A stretch of DNA of 64,000 bases from positions 62,001 through 126,000 of IMG/VR virus record IMGVR_UViG_3300043436_004687. One strand, given 5' to 3'. The notes under the pieces were generated by a model, which was not told the DNA's origin, ran no database searches, and worked only from the letters and a program-made list of their open reading frames with translations. Of this stretch, positions 38,564 to 47,982 are shown in pieces. Numbering within the stretch: the first letter of the stretch is position 1; each line of letters opens with the position of its first letter. The position numbers and the translations under genes were made by a program.

Positions 38564-39576
38564 TTATTTTCTCTAATTTTTTCTAATAATTTTAATTCAG
38601 TTTCACTAATATCATCAAATTCTAATAATTCCAATATTATATACATATCACCCCTAGAATTGGAGTTGTAAACTTTCATACCCTTACCTTTGACCCTAAG
38701 ATTTGAGTTTATCTTACTATTTTTGGGTATTGTAATCTTAATTTTAAGACCTTCTATAGTATTAATTTCTTTTTCACACCCTAAAATTAAATCATAATAT
38801 TTTAATTTTAATTTACAAATTAAATTATCACCTTGTCTCTCAAATTCCTTATGCCTTACTTCATTAATAATAACCTCTAAATCACCGTGATTACCTGATT
38901 TTATCTTATGGCCCTTACCATTCAATATTAACCTATTACCACCATAAACACCAATTGGTATGTTTATTTCTTCCTCTATAGTTTCATCTACTTTACCCGA
39001 TTTACAATTACCACATTTAGTTTTATATGTTTTACCAGTTTGATTACAACTTTGACAAGGCTTTTGTTGGATGAATTGTTGGTTACCCATTTGGAATACT
39101 TCGCTTTTAATACCCTGACCATTACAAGACTTACAAGTTTCTTTTTCACCACCACTACCGTTACAAGTATTACAATCATTAGTGATTTTATAAGTAACTT
39201 TTTTATTCACTCCATTAAAAATATCTTCTAATGAAAGGTTGAATTGAATTCTAGCATTTTGTCCCTTTTCTACTGGTTGTCTTTGAGAATATCTATTTCC
39301 TCTATTAAACATTTGATTAAATATATCATTCATATCAAATCCATCAAATCCGTTTGAATTTTCTTGGTGGCCGAATTTATCATAATGAGCTCTTTTTTTA
39401 GGGTCCGATAAATATTCGTTAGCTTCAGCTATTTCTTTAAATTTTTCTTCAGCTTCTTTATTGTCTGGATTTAAATCTGGATGAAATTTTTTAGATAAAT
39501 TTCTATAAGCTTTTTTTATTTCTCTTTCATTAGCGGTTTTTTCTAAACCAAGAATTTCATAATAATCTCTTTTCAT
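38551..39576 (-). CDS. dnaJ: DnaJ chaperone
   Basis: J domain with HPD, four CxxCxG-like repeats, C-terminal GD.YI. Confidence 0.95.
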   Translation of the reverse strand: MKRDYYEILGLEKTANEREIKKAYRNLSKKFHPDLNPDNKEAEEKFKEIAEANEYLSDPKKRAHYDKFGHQENSNGFDGFDMNDIFNQMFNRGNRYSQRQPVEKGQNARIQFNLSLEDIFNGVNKKVTYKITNDCNTCNGSGGEKETCKSCNGQGIKSEVFQMGNQQFIQQKPCQSCNQTGKTYKTKCGNCKSGKVDETIEEEINIPIGVYGGNRLILNGKGHKIKSGNHGDLEVIINEVRHKEFERQGDNLICKLKLKYYDLILGCEKEINTIEGLKIKITIPKNSKINSNLRVKGKGMKVYNSNSRGDMYIILELLEFDDISETELKLLEKIRENNLQE

Positions 39577-39611
39577 TTTATTAACTATTGTATAACATTA
39601 ATTTTTTAACT

Positions 39612-39971
39612 TTAATTATTTATATAATGTAAATAATCCTCAATTTGTTTTTTATAATAAACCGCTTCTTGACGTGCTTCTCTTAATATTTCCCAACCAT
39701 GACCATCATAATTTTTTTCATGCATTAAAATATCACTTGTTTTAATTAATTTATCCAAAACACTATCTAAAGAATAGGGTCTATTTAAACCTAAAAATGA
39801 AGTAATAAATTCATTATTAAATTCTTTTTCAAGGTGTTCAGGGTGTTCAGATTTTGAAAACACATCATCAGCTTCTTTTAATAATTGAAGGGTCTTATCG
39901 AACCCAATTACTTCCGAAACCTTACCTAAAAACAATTGTCTTATTAATTTTTTACTATTTTCTTTTGACAT
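39612..39971 (-). CDS. hypothetical protein
   Basis: 119-aa ORF. Confidence 0.7.
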   Translation of the reverse strand: MSKENSKKLIRQLFLGKVSEVIGFDKTLQLLKEADDVFSKSEHPEHLEKEFNNEFITSFLGLNRPYSLDSVLDKLIKTSDILMHEKNYDGHGWEILREARQEAVYYKKQIEDYLHYINN

Positions 39972-40237
39972 TAATTTTTATTTAACTTATTTTCCAATTC
40001 ACTAATCTTATCTTTTAATTTTCGAATAACCTGACTCACAGCATAATCATTTACCCACTTTGGGTCTGGAATGAATGATAACACAACAGATTCATTTCTA
40101 TTTAAATCATATAGAATACCATCTGCTGGTTGTTTTATAAATTCATCTAATGATGTTATTCTTAATCCTTCAAAAGTGGCAACAATAACATTACCTTTCT
40201 TATACTCTTCTAGTATTTTATCTTTTAAATTTTCCAT
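39971..40237 (-). CDS. hypothetical protein
   Basis: 88-aa ORF. Confidence 0.7.
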   Translation of the reverse strand: MENLKDKILEEYKKGNVIVATFEGLRITSLDEFIKQPADGILYDLNRNESVVLSFIPDPKWVNDYAVSQVIRKLKDKISELENKLNKN

Positions 40238-40541
40238 TTTTTATTAAGTTAAAATTTAACAATTCATTCGTTTTTATAATTGCTGATTGCATCACTTCTA
40301 ATCTAGAATTAAAACTAAAATTAGATTTATAATTTTTAATATGAAACATAAACCTCTCACACTTTTTACGGTGGCCGAATTTACTTTTTATATTAATAAA
40401 CCACCCAATAGAATCAAAATATTCTACTATATAAGCATATTGAATAATTTTTGACATACCATAAAACAATGATTTATTATCAAAAATATTAGTTTCAATT
40501 AACCAATTTTCAAAATCACTTTTTACTTTATCTGTTAACAT
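40218..40541 (-). CDS. hypothetical protein
   Basis: 107-aa ORF. Confidence 0.7.
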   Translation of the reverse strand: MLTDKVKSDFENWLIETNIFDNKSLFYGMSKIIQYAYIVEYFDSIGWFINIKSKFGHRKKCERFMFHIKNYKSNFSFNSRLEVMQSAIIKTNELLNFNLIKNGKFKR

Positions 40542-40553
40542 ATTTTTAAAAAT

Positions 40554-40775
40554 TTAAGAACTAACAACATCCGTATAATTTTTAATTGATTGGTCAACTA
40601 AAATATTATCTCTAATTGATAATTGAATGGGTCTTAAATTCATTGGAACACGAAGATAATTGTATCCATTATTTAAGTTATCCATATCATCTAAGTTTTT
40701 AAAAGAAATATAAGCAAAAGTCCCATTTTCCGTTATTTCAATGTGAAACACTTCAATATTTGTTAAATTTTTCAT
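40554..40775 (-). CDS. hypothetical protein
   Basis: 73-aa ORF. Confidence 0.6.
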   Translation of the reverse strand: MKNLTNIEVFHIEITENGTFAYISFKNLDDMDNLNNGYNYLRVPMNLRPIQLSIRDNILVDQSIKNYTDVVSS

Positions 40776-40798
40776 ATTTTAATTATTTATTTATTTAT

Positions 40799-41341
40799 TT
40801 ATTTTTTATCATTCATAATTAACCCTTCGGATATCCAACTTTGATCTTGTATTAAACGATATGTTCTAACCACAGCAAAATTAGTAATCTTAAAATATTC
40901 AAATTTTATCCCATAGTCATCTGCTTTTAATTTAGATAATACAGCAGTTTCAAGTTTCTCTGGTGTAATACCACCTAAATCGTTATTCCATATAAAATTA
41001 GCAACTTCACTCATTGCAATATTTTGAAGTGTTTTTTCTGGGTGATATAAAGTTTGATATAATTTTTCAATATTAGATATTGAATAACCAAATGAACTAT
41101 TTAAAGTTATTGTTTTCAAATCTTTGGAGGTTAAGGTTTGCATTGGCATTTCCGTAACTCTTAATCTATTTTCTTGAATGAAAATACTATCTAAATATGG
41201 TAATCTAAAATAGATACCACCCTCCAATCTTTTTATTTGTTTACCATTACGAACCCTAACACCACTTTGCCAAGGTTGTACTATAACCCATATCTTAACA
41301 GCATTAAATATATATTCAAAAAAATCTTTTACTTGATTCAT
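40799..41341 (-). CDS. SPFH/band-7 domain protein
   Basis: VQPWQSGVRVRNG..L.GG.YF..P.LD, Q.LTSKD. Confidence 0.85.
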   Translation of the reverse strand: MNQVKDFFEYIFNAVKIWVIVQPWQSGVRVRNGKQIKRLEGGIYFRLPYLDSIFIQENRLRVTEMPMQTLTSKDLKTITLNSSFGYSISNIEKLYQTLYHPEKTLQNIAMSEVANFIWNNDLGGITPEKLETAVLSKLKADDYGIKFEYFKITNFAVVRTYRLIQDQSWISEGLIMNDKK

Positions 41342-41432
41342 ATCGGTTGTTCTAACTTTAATGCAAATATATAATACAATTTTTACTTTACCAAACTATT
41401 TATTATTTATTTTTATATTTTAAATTAATAAT

Positions 41433-42095
41433 ATGGAATATAGAGTTATATTAACACAAAATGGTGAATTTAAACAAAATTTCCTAATCACCAAAAATAA
41501 AAGAACTGCTTTTGATAAATTCAAGGAAATAAAACGAAAGTCAGAAAAAGTTTTATTTGAAGTACAGCATGTGAACACAAAAAAAATATTTCCAGTTAAA
41601 CATATGCTTTATATTGTTAAAGAGTATGAATCAACTGATATTAAAAGAGCAATCCCAGATGGGAACGGTTCTTATATTGAAGAACCATTGTTATTTGATA
41701 AATGGTTCGTTATGGCCTCTGAAAAATATAAAAAAGAAGAAAAATTTGCCATTTACGGTATGGACACTAGAGCCGAAAGGCAACCTATTAGTGGGGTAAT
41801 GAAAATTTTAATGAAAGGTCTTACAGACACAAAACAAAATAAACAAGTTATTGTGGTGCATAATAAATTAGTTATTTACAATGACCAAAATTTTGATATG
41901 ATATTCTGTAAATGTATTAAGGATTGTAAAAGACTACATGACACACTTTATAAGACCGCTGTTGCAATTAAACTTAAAAACCTTATGTTTATGGGTATTG
42001 CCTCAAATGCCTCGTTATATCACATAAATAAAACAATTATTCAATGGACTGGTTGGGATTATAATAAAGTTAGAAGACAGACAACTAGACCGTAA
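41433..42095 (+). CDS. hypothetical protein
   Basis: 220-aa plus-strand ORF, divergent from the 41341 gene. Confidence 0.75.
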   Translation: MEYRVILTQNGEFKQNFLITKNKRTAFDKFKEIKRKSEKVLFEVQHVNTKKIFPVKHMLYIVKEYESTDIKRAIPDGNGSYIEEPLLFDKWFVMASEKYKKEEKFAIYGMDTRAERQPISGVMKILMKGLTDTKQNKQVIVVHNKLVIYNDQNFDMIFCKCIKDCKRLHDTLYKTAVAIKLKNLMFMGIASNASLYHINKTIIQWTGWDYNKVRRQTTRP

Positions 42096-42165
42096 ATTAT
42101 TTTCTATTTCTTTATTGTTACATCTTTAAATTCACAATAATCACATTATGACATTCTCCCAATCT

Positions 42166-43392
42166 TTAAAGAAAATTGGGTTTTTTGTTTAAAGATTTAT
42201 TCATAATATTAAAATTATGAATCACATTAGATAAATCTAATGGCTCTGCCATAAGAGCAATATGGTTATTAAAGTATCTGTTTAAAATATTAATAGCAGC
42301 ATTTAAATCTCTATCTATTTCTATATCATTACTTAATTTAACTGTTCTATCACTTAAATTAATTTTATTTTTAAATTGTTTACCAGTTAATGAATTAGTT
42401 TGTGTTGTATATTGTTCATTTTGCTTTAGAATATCTGTTTTATACTTAAAACTTTTTTGTTTCAATAATTCAATAAACATATTAAGATTACTCATCCCAA
42501 ATGATTTACTTATCTTTTTATATTTATTCTCATAATTATTCATTAATTTTTTAACGGATAAATCACCAATAACTATAGTTTTATAGTTCATGTTCAATAA
42601 TTGTTTACTCTGAACATGTAGAGTTTGTTTGACTTGCTTATTTTTCTTATTATATAATTTATTAATAGTTATTTTTAATTTTTTATATTTTCTACTACTA
42701 TTATTTTTATTACTTAATTTACTCTGAACTTTAGCAATTTGTTTTAAATAATATTTAGATATCTGTTTAGATTTATTTGTAATAATAATTTGATTACCTT
42801 TATTATCTACACCAGTACCTAATCGTTTTAATCCTAAATCAATTGCTAATATTTTATTTTCTTGTGTAATAGTATCCACATATATCAATTCTTCTTCAAT
42901 AACAATATCACACAACCATTTATTATTAACAAATTTAACCCTAATTTCTTTAATATCTAATTTAGTTAAATCCAAATGTGATTTATAATTGAGTTTAATT
43001 TTATTAATTGTGATTAATTCATTAGAATTAACAACCCAACCAGATTGATTAAATATGATAGTATGAAATTTATTAATATCCTTTATTTTATATGGCGATT
43101 TAGCTGTTTTATCTTTTTTAATTAATTCGAAAAAACCCCTATATGAAGAATAAACTTCTTTAGATATCCGCTGACATGCTTTAGAATTTAATTTACATAA
43201 ATTACTATTTTTTCTTAATACTGTTATTTCTTTATCTAAGTCATAATTATGTCTAATTGATTTATTTAATTCATAAGACTCTTGTTCAAGATCAATTAGT
43301 TTATTCCATAATTCATTTCTTAATGATGATACCTCATGAAGTTGTTCAACTTGTAATTTATTAGGAAACAATCTAATTATGTAAGTTTTCAT
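42166..43392 (-). CDS. tnpB: solo TnpB
   Basis: IRLFPN N-terminus, LAIDLG, NEQYTTQ, DRDLNAA. Confidence 0.9.
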   Translation of the reverse strand: MKTYIIRLFPNKLQVEQLHEVSSLRNELWNKLIDLEQESYELNKSIRHNYDLDKEITVLRKNSNLCKLNSKACQRISKEVYSSYRGFFELIKKDKTAKSPYKIKDINKFHTIIFNQSGWVVNSNELITINKIKLNYKSHLDLTKLDIKEIRVKFVNNKWLCDIVIEEELIYVDTITQENKILAIDLGLKRLGTGVDNKGNQIIITNKSKQISKYYLKQIAKVQSKLSNKNNSSRKYKKLKITINKLYNKKNKQVKQTLHVQSKQLLNMNYKTIVIGDLSVKKLMNNYENKYKKISKSFGMSNLNMFIELLKQKSFKYKTDILKQNEQYTTQTNSLTGKQFKNKINLSDRTVKLSNDIEIDRDLNAAINILNRYFNNHIALMAEPLDLSNVIHNFNIMNKSLNKKPNFL

Positions 43393-43493
43393 TATTTACT
43401 TAAAGTATTTATATATAAATATACAGTAATTATACAAAAGTTTAAAATAATAAATGGTTCGTAAACCATTCCAATCTATTTTAACTTCTTCCA

Positions 43494-43715
43494 TCATTTC
43501 TTTTTTATTAATTGAATAATTATCCCATCGCTTTCTAACTCAAATACGTTTGCTGGTTTAAATTCATCGTTAGAATTTCTCAAATTAAAAACATGTTCCT
43601 CTAATTCCCTATGATTATGACGATCTAACTCATAAACTAATTTTAACCCTGGTTTATAAATATTTTCATTATTTATTACCTCACTAAGCGTTCCTAATAG
43701 TTGATTATAATTCAT
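43494..43715 (-). CDS. hypothetical protein
   Basis: 73-aa ORF. Confidence 0.65.
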   Translation of the reverse strand: MNYNQLLGTLSEVINNENIYKPGLKLVYELDRHNHRELEEHVFNLRNSNDEFKPANVFELESDGIIIQLIKKK

Positions 43716-43718
43716 AGA

Positions 43719-43934
43719 TTAAAATCTTTTTAAAAAATTTATAATTTTTTCCCTAAAGCTTATTTTTTTTTGTGGTAATATTACCACTTCATTAGAAATC
43801 GCTTTTATTTCTTCACCTAAACCATTTTTTAATTCATCAATGAATTTCTTTTTAACTAATTTAGATTTTATTTCATTAGACTTTATTTCGTCTTTGAAAG
43901 AATCTATTTCTTCCTCTATAATAGTTTTTTTCAT
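43719..43934 (-). CDS. hypothetical protein
   Basis: 71-aa ORF. Confidence 0.65.
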   Translation of the reverse strand: MKKTIIEEEIDSFKDEIKSNEIKSKLVKKKFIDELKNGLGEEIKAISNEVVILPQKKISFREKIINFLKRF

Positions 43935-43935
43935 A

Positions 43936-44238
43936 TTAATTAAAATAAGCGCCCCTAAAAGCTTCTTCTAAACCAGAAAATTCTAAAAAATCATCGGTTA
44001 ATAACCTTTTATTATATCTTCTGGATTGTAATTCTTCTATTTTTTGGTCATAATCTATTTTTAACTTTTTATCAATTGTTTTTAAAACACAATTAGAAAA
44101 CTTTATATTAGGTAAATCTTTTAACCATAATACATAATTTAAATCAATAAAAATAAGATTTACAACATTTAATTTACTATTTTTATATTTACCAAATGGT
44201 ATTTTATCAAATCTACCTAATTTATATTCAAGAACCAT
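43936..44238 (-). CDS. ExoX C-terminal/DUF3820-like small protein
   Basis: IPFGKYK....D..Y..W. Confidence 0.6.
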   Translation of the reverse strand: MVLEYKLGRFDKIPFGKYKNSKLNVVNLIFIDLNYVLWLKDLPNIKFSNCVLKTIDKKLKIDYDQKIEELQSRRYNKRLLTDDFLEFSGLEEAFRGAYFN

Positions 44239-44245
44239 AATTTAA

Positions 44246-44530
44246 TCAAATTTTATAATTAATAATTTCTAATTTAATGTTATTAGGTAATTCTATAATA
44301 TGATTATCAACATCATAAAATCTAACAAAATACTCACCTATTTTACCATTTTTATAATAATTCAAAGATTTTATAAGTGGTTTTAATATTTTAGGAATTT
44401 TAAGTAAAATTAAAGATTCGTTATCTTTAATTAAATAATTAATCATGGTTACTAAAGTTTGATTCCAATCATTTTGAGAATCTTTGTCTAATTTACCCAT
44501 AGCTGAATAATTCCAAATATTTTTACCCAT
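44246..44530 (-). CDS. hypothetical protein
   Basis: 94-aa ORF. Confidence 0.6.
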   Translation of the reverse strand: MGKNIWNYSAMGKLDKDSQNDWNQTLVTMINYLIKDNESLILLKIPKILKPLIKSLNYYKNGKIGEYFVRFYDVDNHIIELPNNIKLEIINYKI

Positions 44531-44536
44531 AATTTA

Positions 44537-44966
44537 TTAATAAAATCTACTTGTTAGTGGTACATAAACATTAAATTCTATTTCACCATTAATTAATTTT
44601 TGAAGAATCCTATGATACCCATCGATAATAACATCTTTAGCAAAACTACTATCACCAATTAACCCGTAAGATGTTACTGGTATTTTTTTAAGTGTTTTAT
44701 CATCACCATTGAATTCTGAATTTATAAATTCTTTTAAATCTAAATCATTTTTTAAAAGGTCATTTATATTTATGGTACGTAATACGTAATCATTTTTAAT
44801 TATTTGATTTTTATGTTGATTTTTAATTGGATCTTCATCATCTGAATGATTTTCAGATTTTAAATTATAAAAATAATTCCAAACTAAATTACCAGGTATC
44901 ACCTCATTATTTTTATGTTCCTTTAAAATTTTTTTTTACTGCTAAAGTTATTTTATTTTTGTTCAT
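44537..44966 (-). CDS. ParB-N-like protein; probable true start at 44966 with a frameshift in an A9 tract
   Basis: IIDGYHR; removing one A gives MNKNKITLAVKKILKEH in frame with the 44902 GTG. Confidence 0.55.
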
Positions 44967-45213
44967 AATTTATTTTATTTTTATCTAAAAACCATTTAGG
45001 TGCGTTAATAAAATAACGATGCGCTAAAACTTCTTTACCGAAATGATTATAATAATATTCTTCCACTATTTCTTCACAAATAGATTTAGGGAACCATACT
45101 AATCTACTTGCACTACTCATTTCTCCTTTATCATTGTATCGCAAATCAACTAAAGCACCAATACTTTTATCCGATTCTCTTGTACCAGAAACCTGGACCT
45201 TAATTTTATCCAT
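44953..45213 (-). CDS. hypothetical protein
   Basis: 86-aa ORF; promoter at 45233..45264. Confidence 0.65.
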   Translation of the reverse strand: MDKIKVQVSGTRESDKSIGALVDLRYNDKGEMSSASRLVWFPKSICEEIVEEYYYNHFGKEVLAHRYFINAPKWFLDKNKINYEQK

Positions 45214-45268
45214 TAAAACGTTTAATTTTATGCAAATATAATTATATTGTAATTATAAAACAAATGTT

Positions 45269-45595
45269 ATGCAAAATATTTTATTCTTATTCCTAATTTA
45301 TGGTATCACAAATATAATTATATTTGGTTCGATTTTCACATCATTTAGAGACTTCTGGTTAAAATATAATCCTAATTTTTTTGGTAAACTTTTCACTTGC
45401 CCCCTATGTTTAAGTACATGGGTGGGTGGGATTATATCCTTAACTTTCAATTATTTTGGTTATAAAACACCATTTTCTAACTATGGTTTAGAAATACTAC
45501 CATTAATTATTTTTTGTGATGCTTGCCTTAGTAGTGGGGTTGTTTGGGTTATACATAATTTTGAAGAAATGTTAGAACGTGTAGGAAATAATTAG
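45269..45595 (+). CDS. DUF1360-like membrane protein
   Basis: Hydrophobic helices with LFTCPLCLSTWVG. Confidence 0.7.
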   Translation: MQNILFLFLIYGITNIIIFGSIFTSFRDFWLKYNPNFFGKLFTCPLCLSTWVGGIISLTFNYFGYKTPFSNYGLEILPLIIFCDACLSSGVVWVIHNFEEMLERVGNN

Positions 45596-46275
45596 ATATT
45601 TTCCATACAATTTATACAAAAGGTATCTGGACTATGATTACAAACCCCAGAATTAGGAATGTAAAAATCCTCAACCTCAATAATTAACTTACCATTTTTG
45701 TCTTTCTTAGGTAAATCAAGTTCTGACATACTTTTATTGAAGGCTTCAACATCATCATTAACAATTGGATGGTGACCTATTTCTATTGTGGGTTCAAACA
45801 CTTCTAAATCATTTACTAATTCTTGATTTATTACCCCAAAATCTTCATTTTGAATGGATTTTATTTCTAATGAAACATCAACTACATTTTCATTATTATC
45901 TGCCTTTAAATCTAATATTTCATCTTCAAAGACAAATCTTAAATTATTTAATTCATTAAGGCTATTTGTTCTAAATAATTTCTTTAATTCTTCAACTCTA
46001 ACTTTAAAATATTCTTTTTTTTGTTCTTTCTCAATATTAATATCAATTGTTTCTTTAATAAACTCTAATAAATCATCAATAGTTATGTTTATATCTTCAG
46101 AAAAAAACATATAATAATTTAAAGATTGGGTATCTCTTGTGGTTTCTATAAATTCTGATTTAGGTACCACCCAACCATCTTTTAAAATTACATCAACAAC
46201 TGATAAGTTATCAACAAATCTAATACCACTAACATATGGTTTTAATTGATTTATTTTTTCTTGTATGCTAATCAT
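45592..46275 (-). CDS. hypothetical protein
   Basis: 227-aa acidic ORF ending C.H...C..C. Confidence 0.7.
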   Translation of the reverse strand: MISIQEKINQLKPYVSGIRFVDNLSVVDVILKDGWVVPKSEFIETTRDTQSLNYYMFFSEDINITIDDLLEFIKETIDINIEKEQKKEYFKVRVEELKKLFRTNSLNELNNLRFVFEDEILDLKADNNENVVDVSLEIKSIQNEDFGVINQELVNDLEVFEPTIEIGHHPIVNDDVEAFNKSMSELDLPKKDKNGKLIIEVEDFYIPNSGVCNHSPDTFCINCMENI

Positions 46276-46484
46276 AATGAGAAACCAGTTATAATTAGTG
46301 TTATAAAGTAAGAAATTGACAACCCTAATAATAATAAAGAAGATTTACTAATAATATATTTTTTCGTATTATCCTCAGTTGAAGTAACGAACATTTGAAC
46401 ACAAAAAAAAGAATGTCTTATTATATTTAAAATTGATAATATAAATACTATCATAATGAATTTATTAATTATTTCTACCAGCAT
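46272..46484 (-). CDS. small membrane protein
   Basis: Two hydrophobic helices. Confidence 0.65.
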   Translation of the reverse strand: MLVEIINKFIMIVFILSILNIIRHSFFCVQMFVTSTEDNTKKYIISKSSLLLLGLSISYFITLIITGFSL

Positions 46485-46485
46485 A

Positions 46486-46713
46486 TTAATCTTTTTTATC
46501 TTCTAAATTATCATTCACTTTTGGTGTTGTGATATTCCCCCATTTTATAAACATAGTTTCAAATAAAACTATTTTTTTTAAACATTCCAAAACCATTTTA
46601 GTCTTATCTTCAATATCCATATTGGAATTTATTGTGTTTTCTAATCTTTCTTCGAAAACCATTTTTTTATTTGCTAATTCGGTGATTATTATTTGATTTA
46701 TTCTATTATCCAT
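46486..46713 (-). CDS. hypothetical protein
   Basis: 75-aa ORF. Confidence 0.65.
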   Translation of the reverse strand: MDNRINQIIITELANKKMVFEERLENTINSNMDIEDKTKMVLECLKKIVLFETMFIKWGNITTPKVNDNLEDKKD

Positions 46714-46748
46714 ATTTTATTTTAATTATAATTTTAGAAAAATAAACA

Positions 46749-47234
46749 TTATTTAATTTTATTAAGATAACTTAATTCAAAATCATTATAAATATTTATA
46801 AATGTTTTTATATCATTTAAGGATTTGTTATTATTGTAATCAAACAAATAAATAAAAATAGATTCGATTGTTGGGGGTATGTTTGAATTTTCCTTATCCG
46901 AAACACTATAAAAAGTTTTAAATAAAAAATCTTTAAAATAATCATACAACACTGGATTATCTAAAAAAAATATACCATAAATTTCAAACTCTTCACAAAC
47001 CTTAATCCAACACCAGTTAAAATGTTTTTTTTGATCTGCCTTACTCGTAAATTCATCACCCATATAAGTGTTTTGGACCAACTTATTTAATTTTAATGTG
47101 AATTTTAAATATAGGTCGACTCTTTCAAAAACTATGTTGTTTTCAACATAAATTTTTTCAACACTATTATTTGATGATGGTTCCATAACCAATTTTAAAA
47201 AATTTTTACTATTATTTAAATTTTCAATACTCAA
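46749..47234 (-). CDS. hypothetical protein
   Basis: 161-aa ORF, TTG start. Confidence 0.65.
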   Translation of the reverse strand: MSIENLNNSKNFLKLVMEPSSNNSVEKIYVENNIVFERVDLYLKFTLKLNKLVQNTYMGDEFTSKADQKKHFNWCWIKVCEEFEIYGIFFLDNPVLYDYFKDFLFKTFYSVSDKENSNIPPTIESIFIYLFDYNNNKSLNDIKTFINIYNDFELSYLNKIK

Positions 47235-47291
47235 TTCTATTAGATTATATATTTTAATTTAGACATTTTTAAGTAAAAATAAAGATAAATA

Positions 47292-47319
47292 AAAAATCCC
47301 TTATTAATAAGGGATTTTT
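47292..47319. terminator. perfect 28-nt palindrome, terminator-like
   Basis: AAAAATCCCTTATT/AATAAGGGATTTTT. Confidence 0.7.
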
Positions 47320-47334
47320 AAATTAGTTTATATT

Positions 47335-47967
47335 TTAACCTCTATAATTTGTTGAAATGAATTCTTCCAATTTTTGTTGATTTTCTCTATCTAAATTAAC
47401 GAAAAATTTAAAGAATGCCGCACCTGCACCAACATCTTTATAATATCCTAAGAACTTATTTTGTAAATGTTGCCCAATATTGTTATCCCCCCAAATTTTA
47501 GTTACAAAATCATGTGGATAATTATAACCAAAATAAATTATTTTAGCCATATCTGATTTACCACTAGAACCATCTTCACTCACGTTTTTATCAAAGTGTA
47601 TTTCGTCTGGTGGTGATTTTAATTGACCACCATCTTCATTTACCAAAGATTTAACTTTATTTAAACTCTCAAAGAATAAATTATCCTCATTTATTCTTTC
47701 ATCACCCTTTAATTTACCTAAAGTATCTTTTGAATTATAAGCGAACAAATGTTTAATCTTATTCATTGATTCGTTCATATCCTTTTTGTTGGTAGATTCA
47801 AGCATTATTGCTCTACCCTCATTTACAGTTCCTTCCCATCTAATTTTATAACTTTCATTACCATCAGACATGATAAACGTATTTTTATCTAATTTATGAT
47901 TTTCAGGAATCAAATTCAACGCATTAGCTAAACCATTGAATTGTTTGTTAAAATTTAATTGTTTCAT
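47335..47967 (-). CDS. probable virion/internal head protein, paralogous to 47983..49347
   Basis: Shares the FNGL.NA.NLIPE..IRWEGTVNEG.A domain. Confidence 0.55.
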   Translation of the reverse strand: MKQLNFNKQFNGLANALNLIPENHKLDKNTFIMSDGNESYKIRWEGTVNEGRAIMLESTNKKDMNESMNKIKHLFAYNSKDTLGKLKGDERINEDNLFFESLNKVKSLVNEDGGQLKSPPDEIHFDKNVSEDGSSGKSDMAKIIYFGYNYPHDFVTKIWGDNNIGQHLQNKFLGYYKDVGAGAAFFKFFVNLDRENQQKLEEFISTNYRG

Positions 47968-47982
47968 ATTTTTATTTATTGA

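Noticed and set aside
42096-43493. Exact ends of the 42166 TnpB element
   Set aside because: Several alternative junctions give short plausible ORFs; cannot be resolved without an empty allele.
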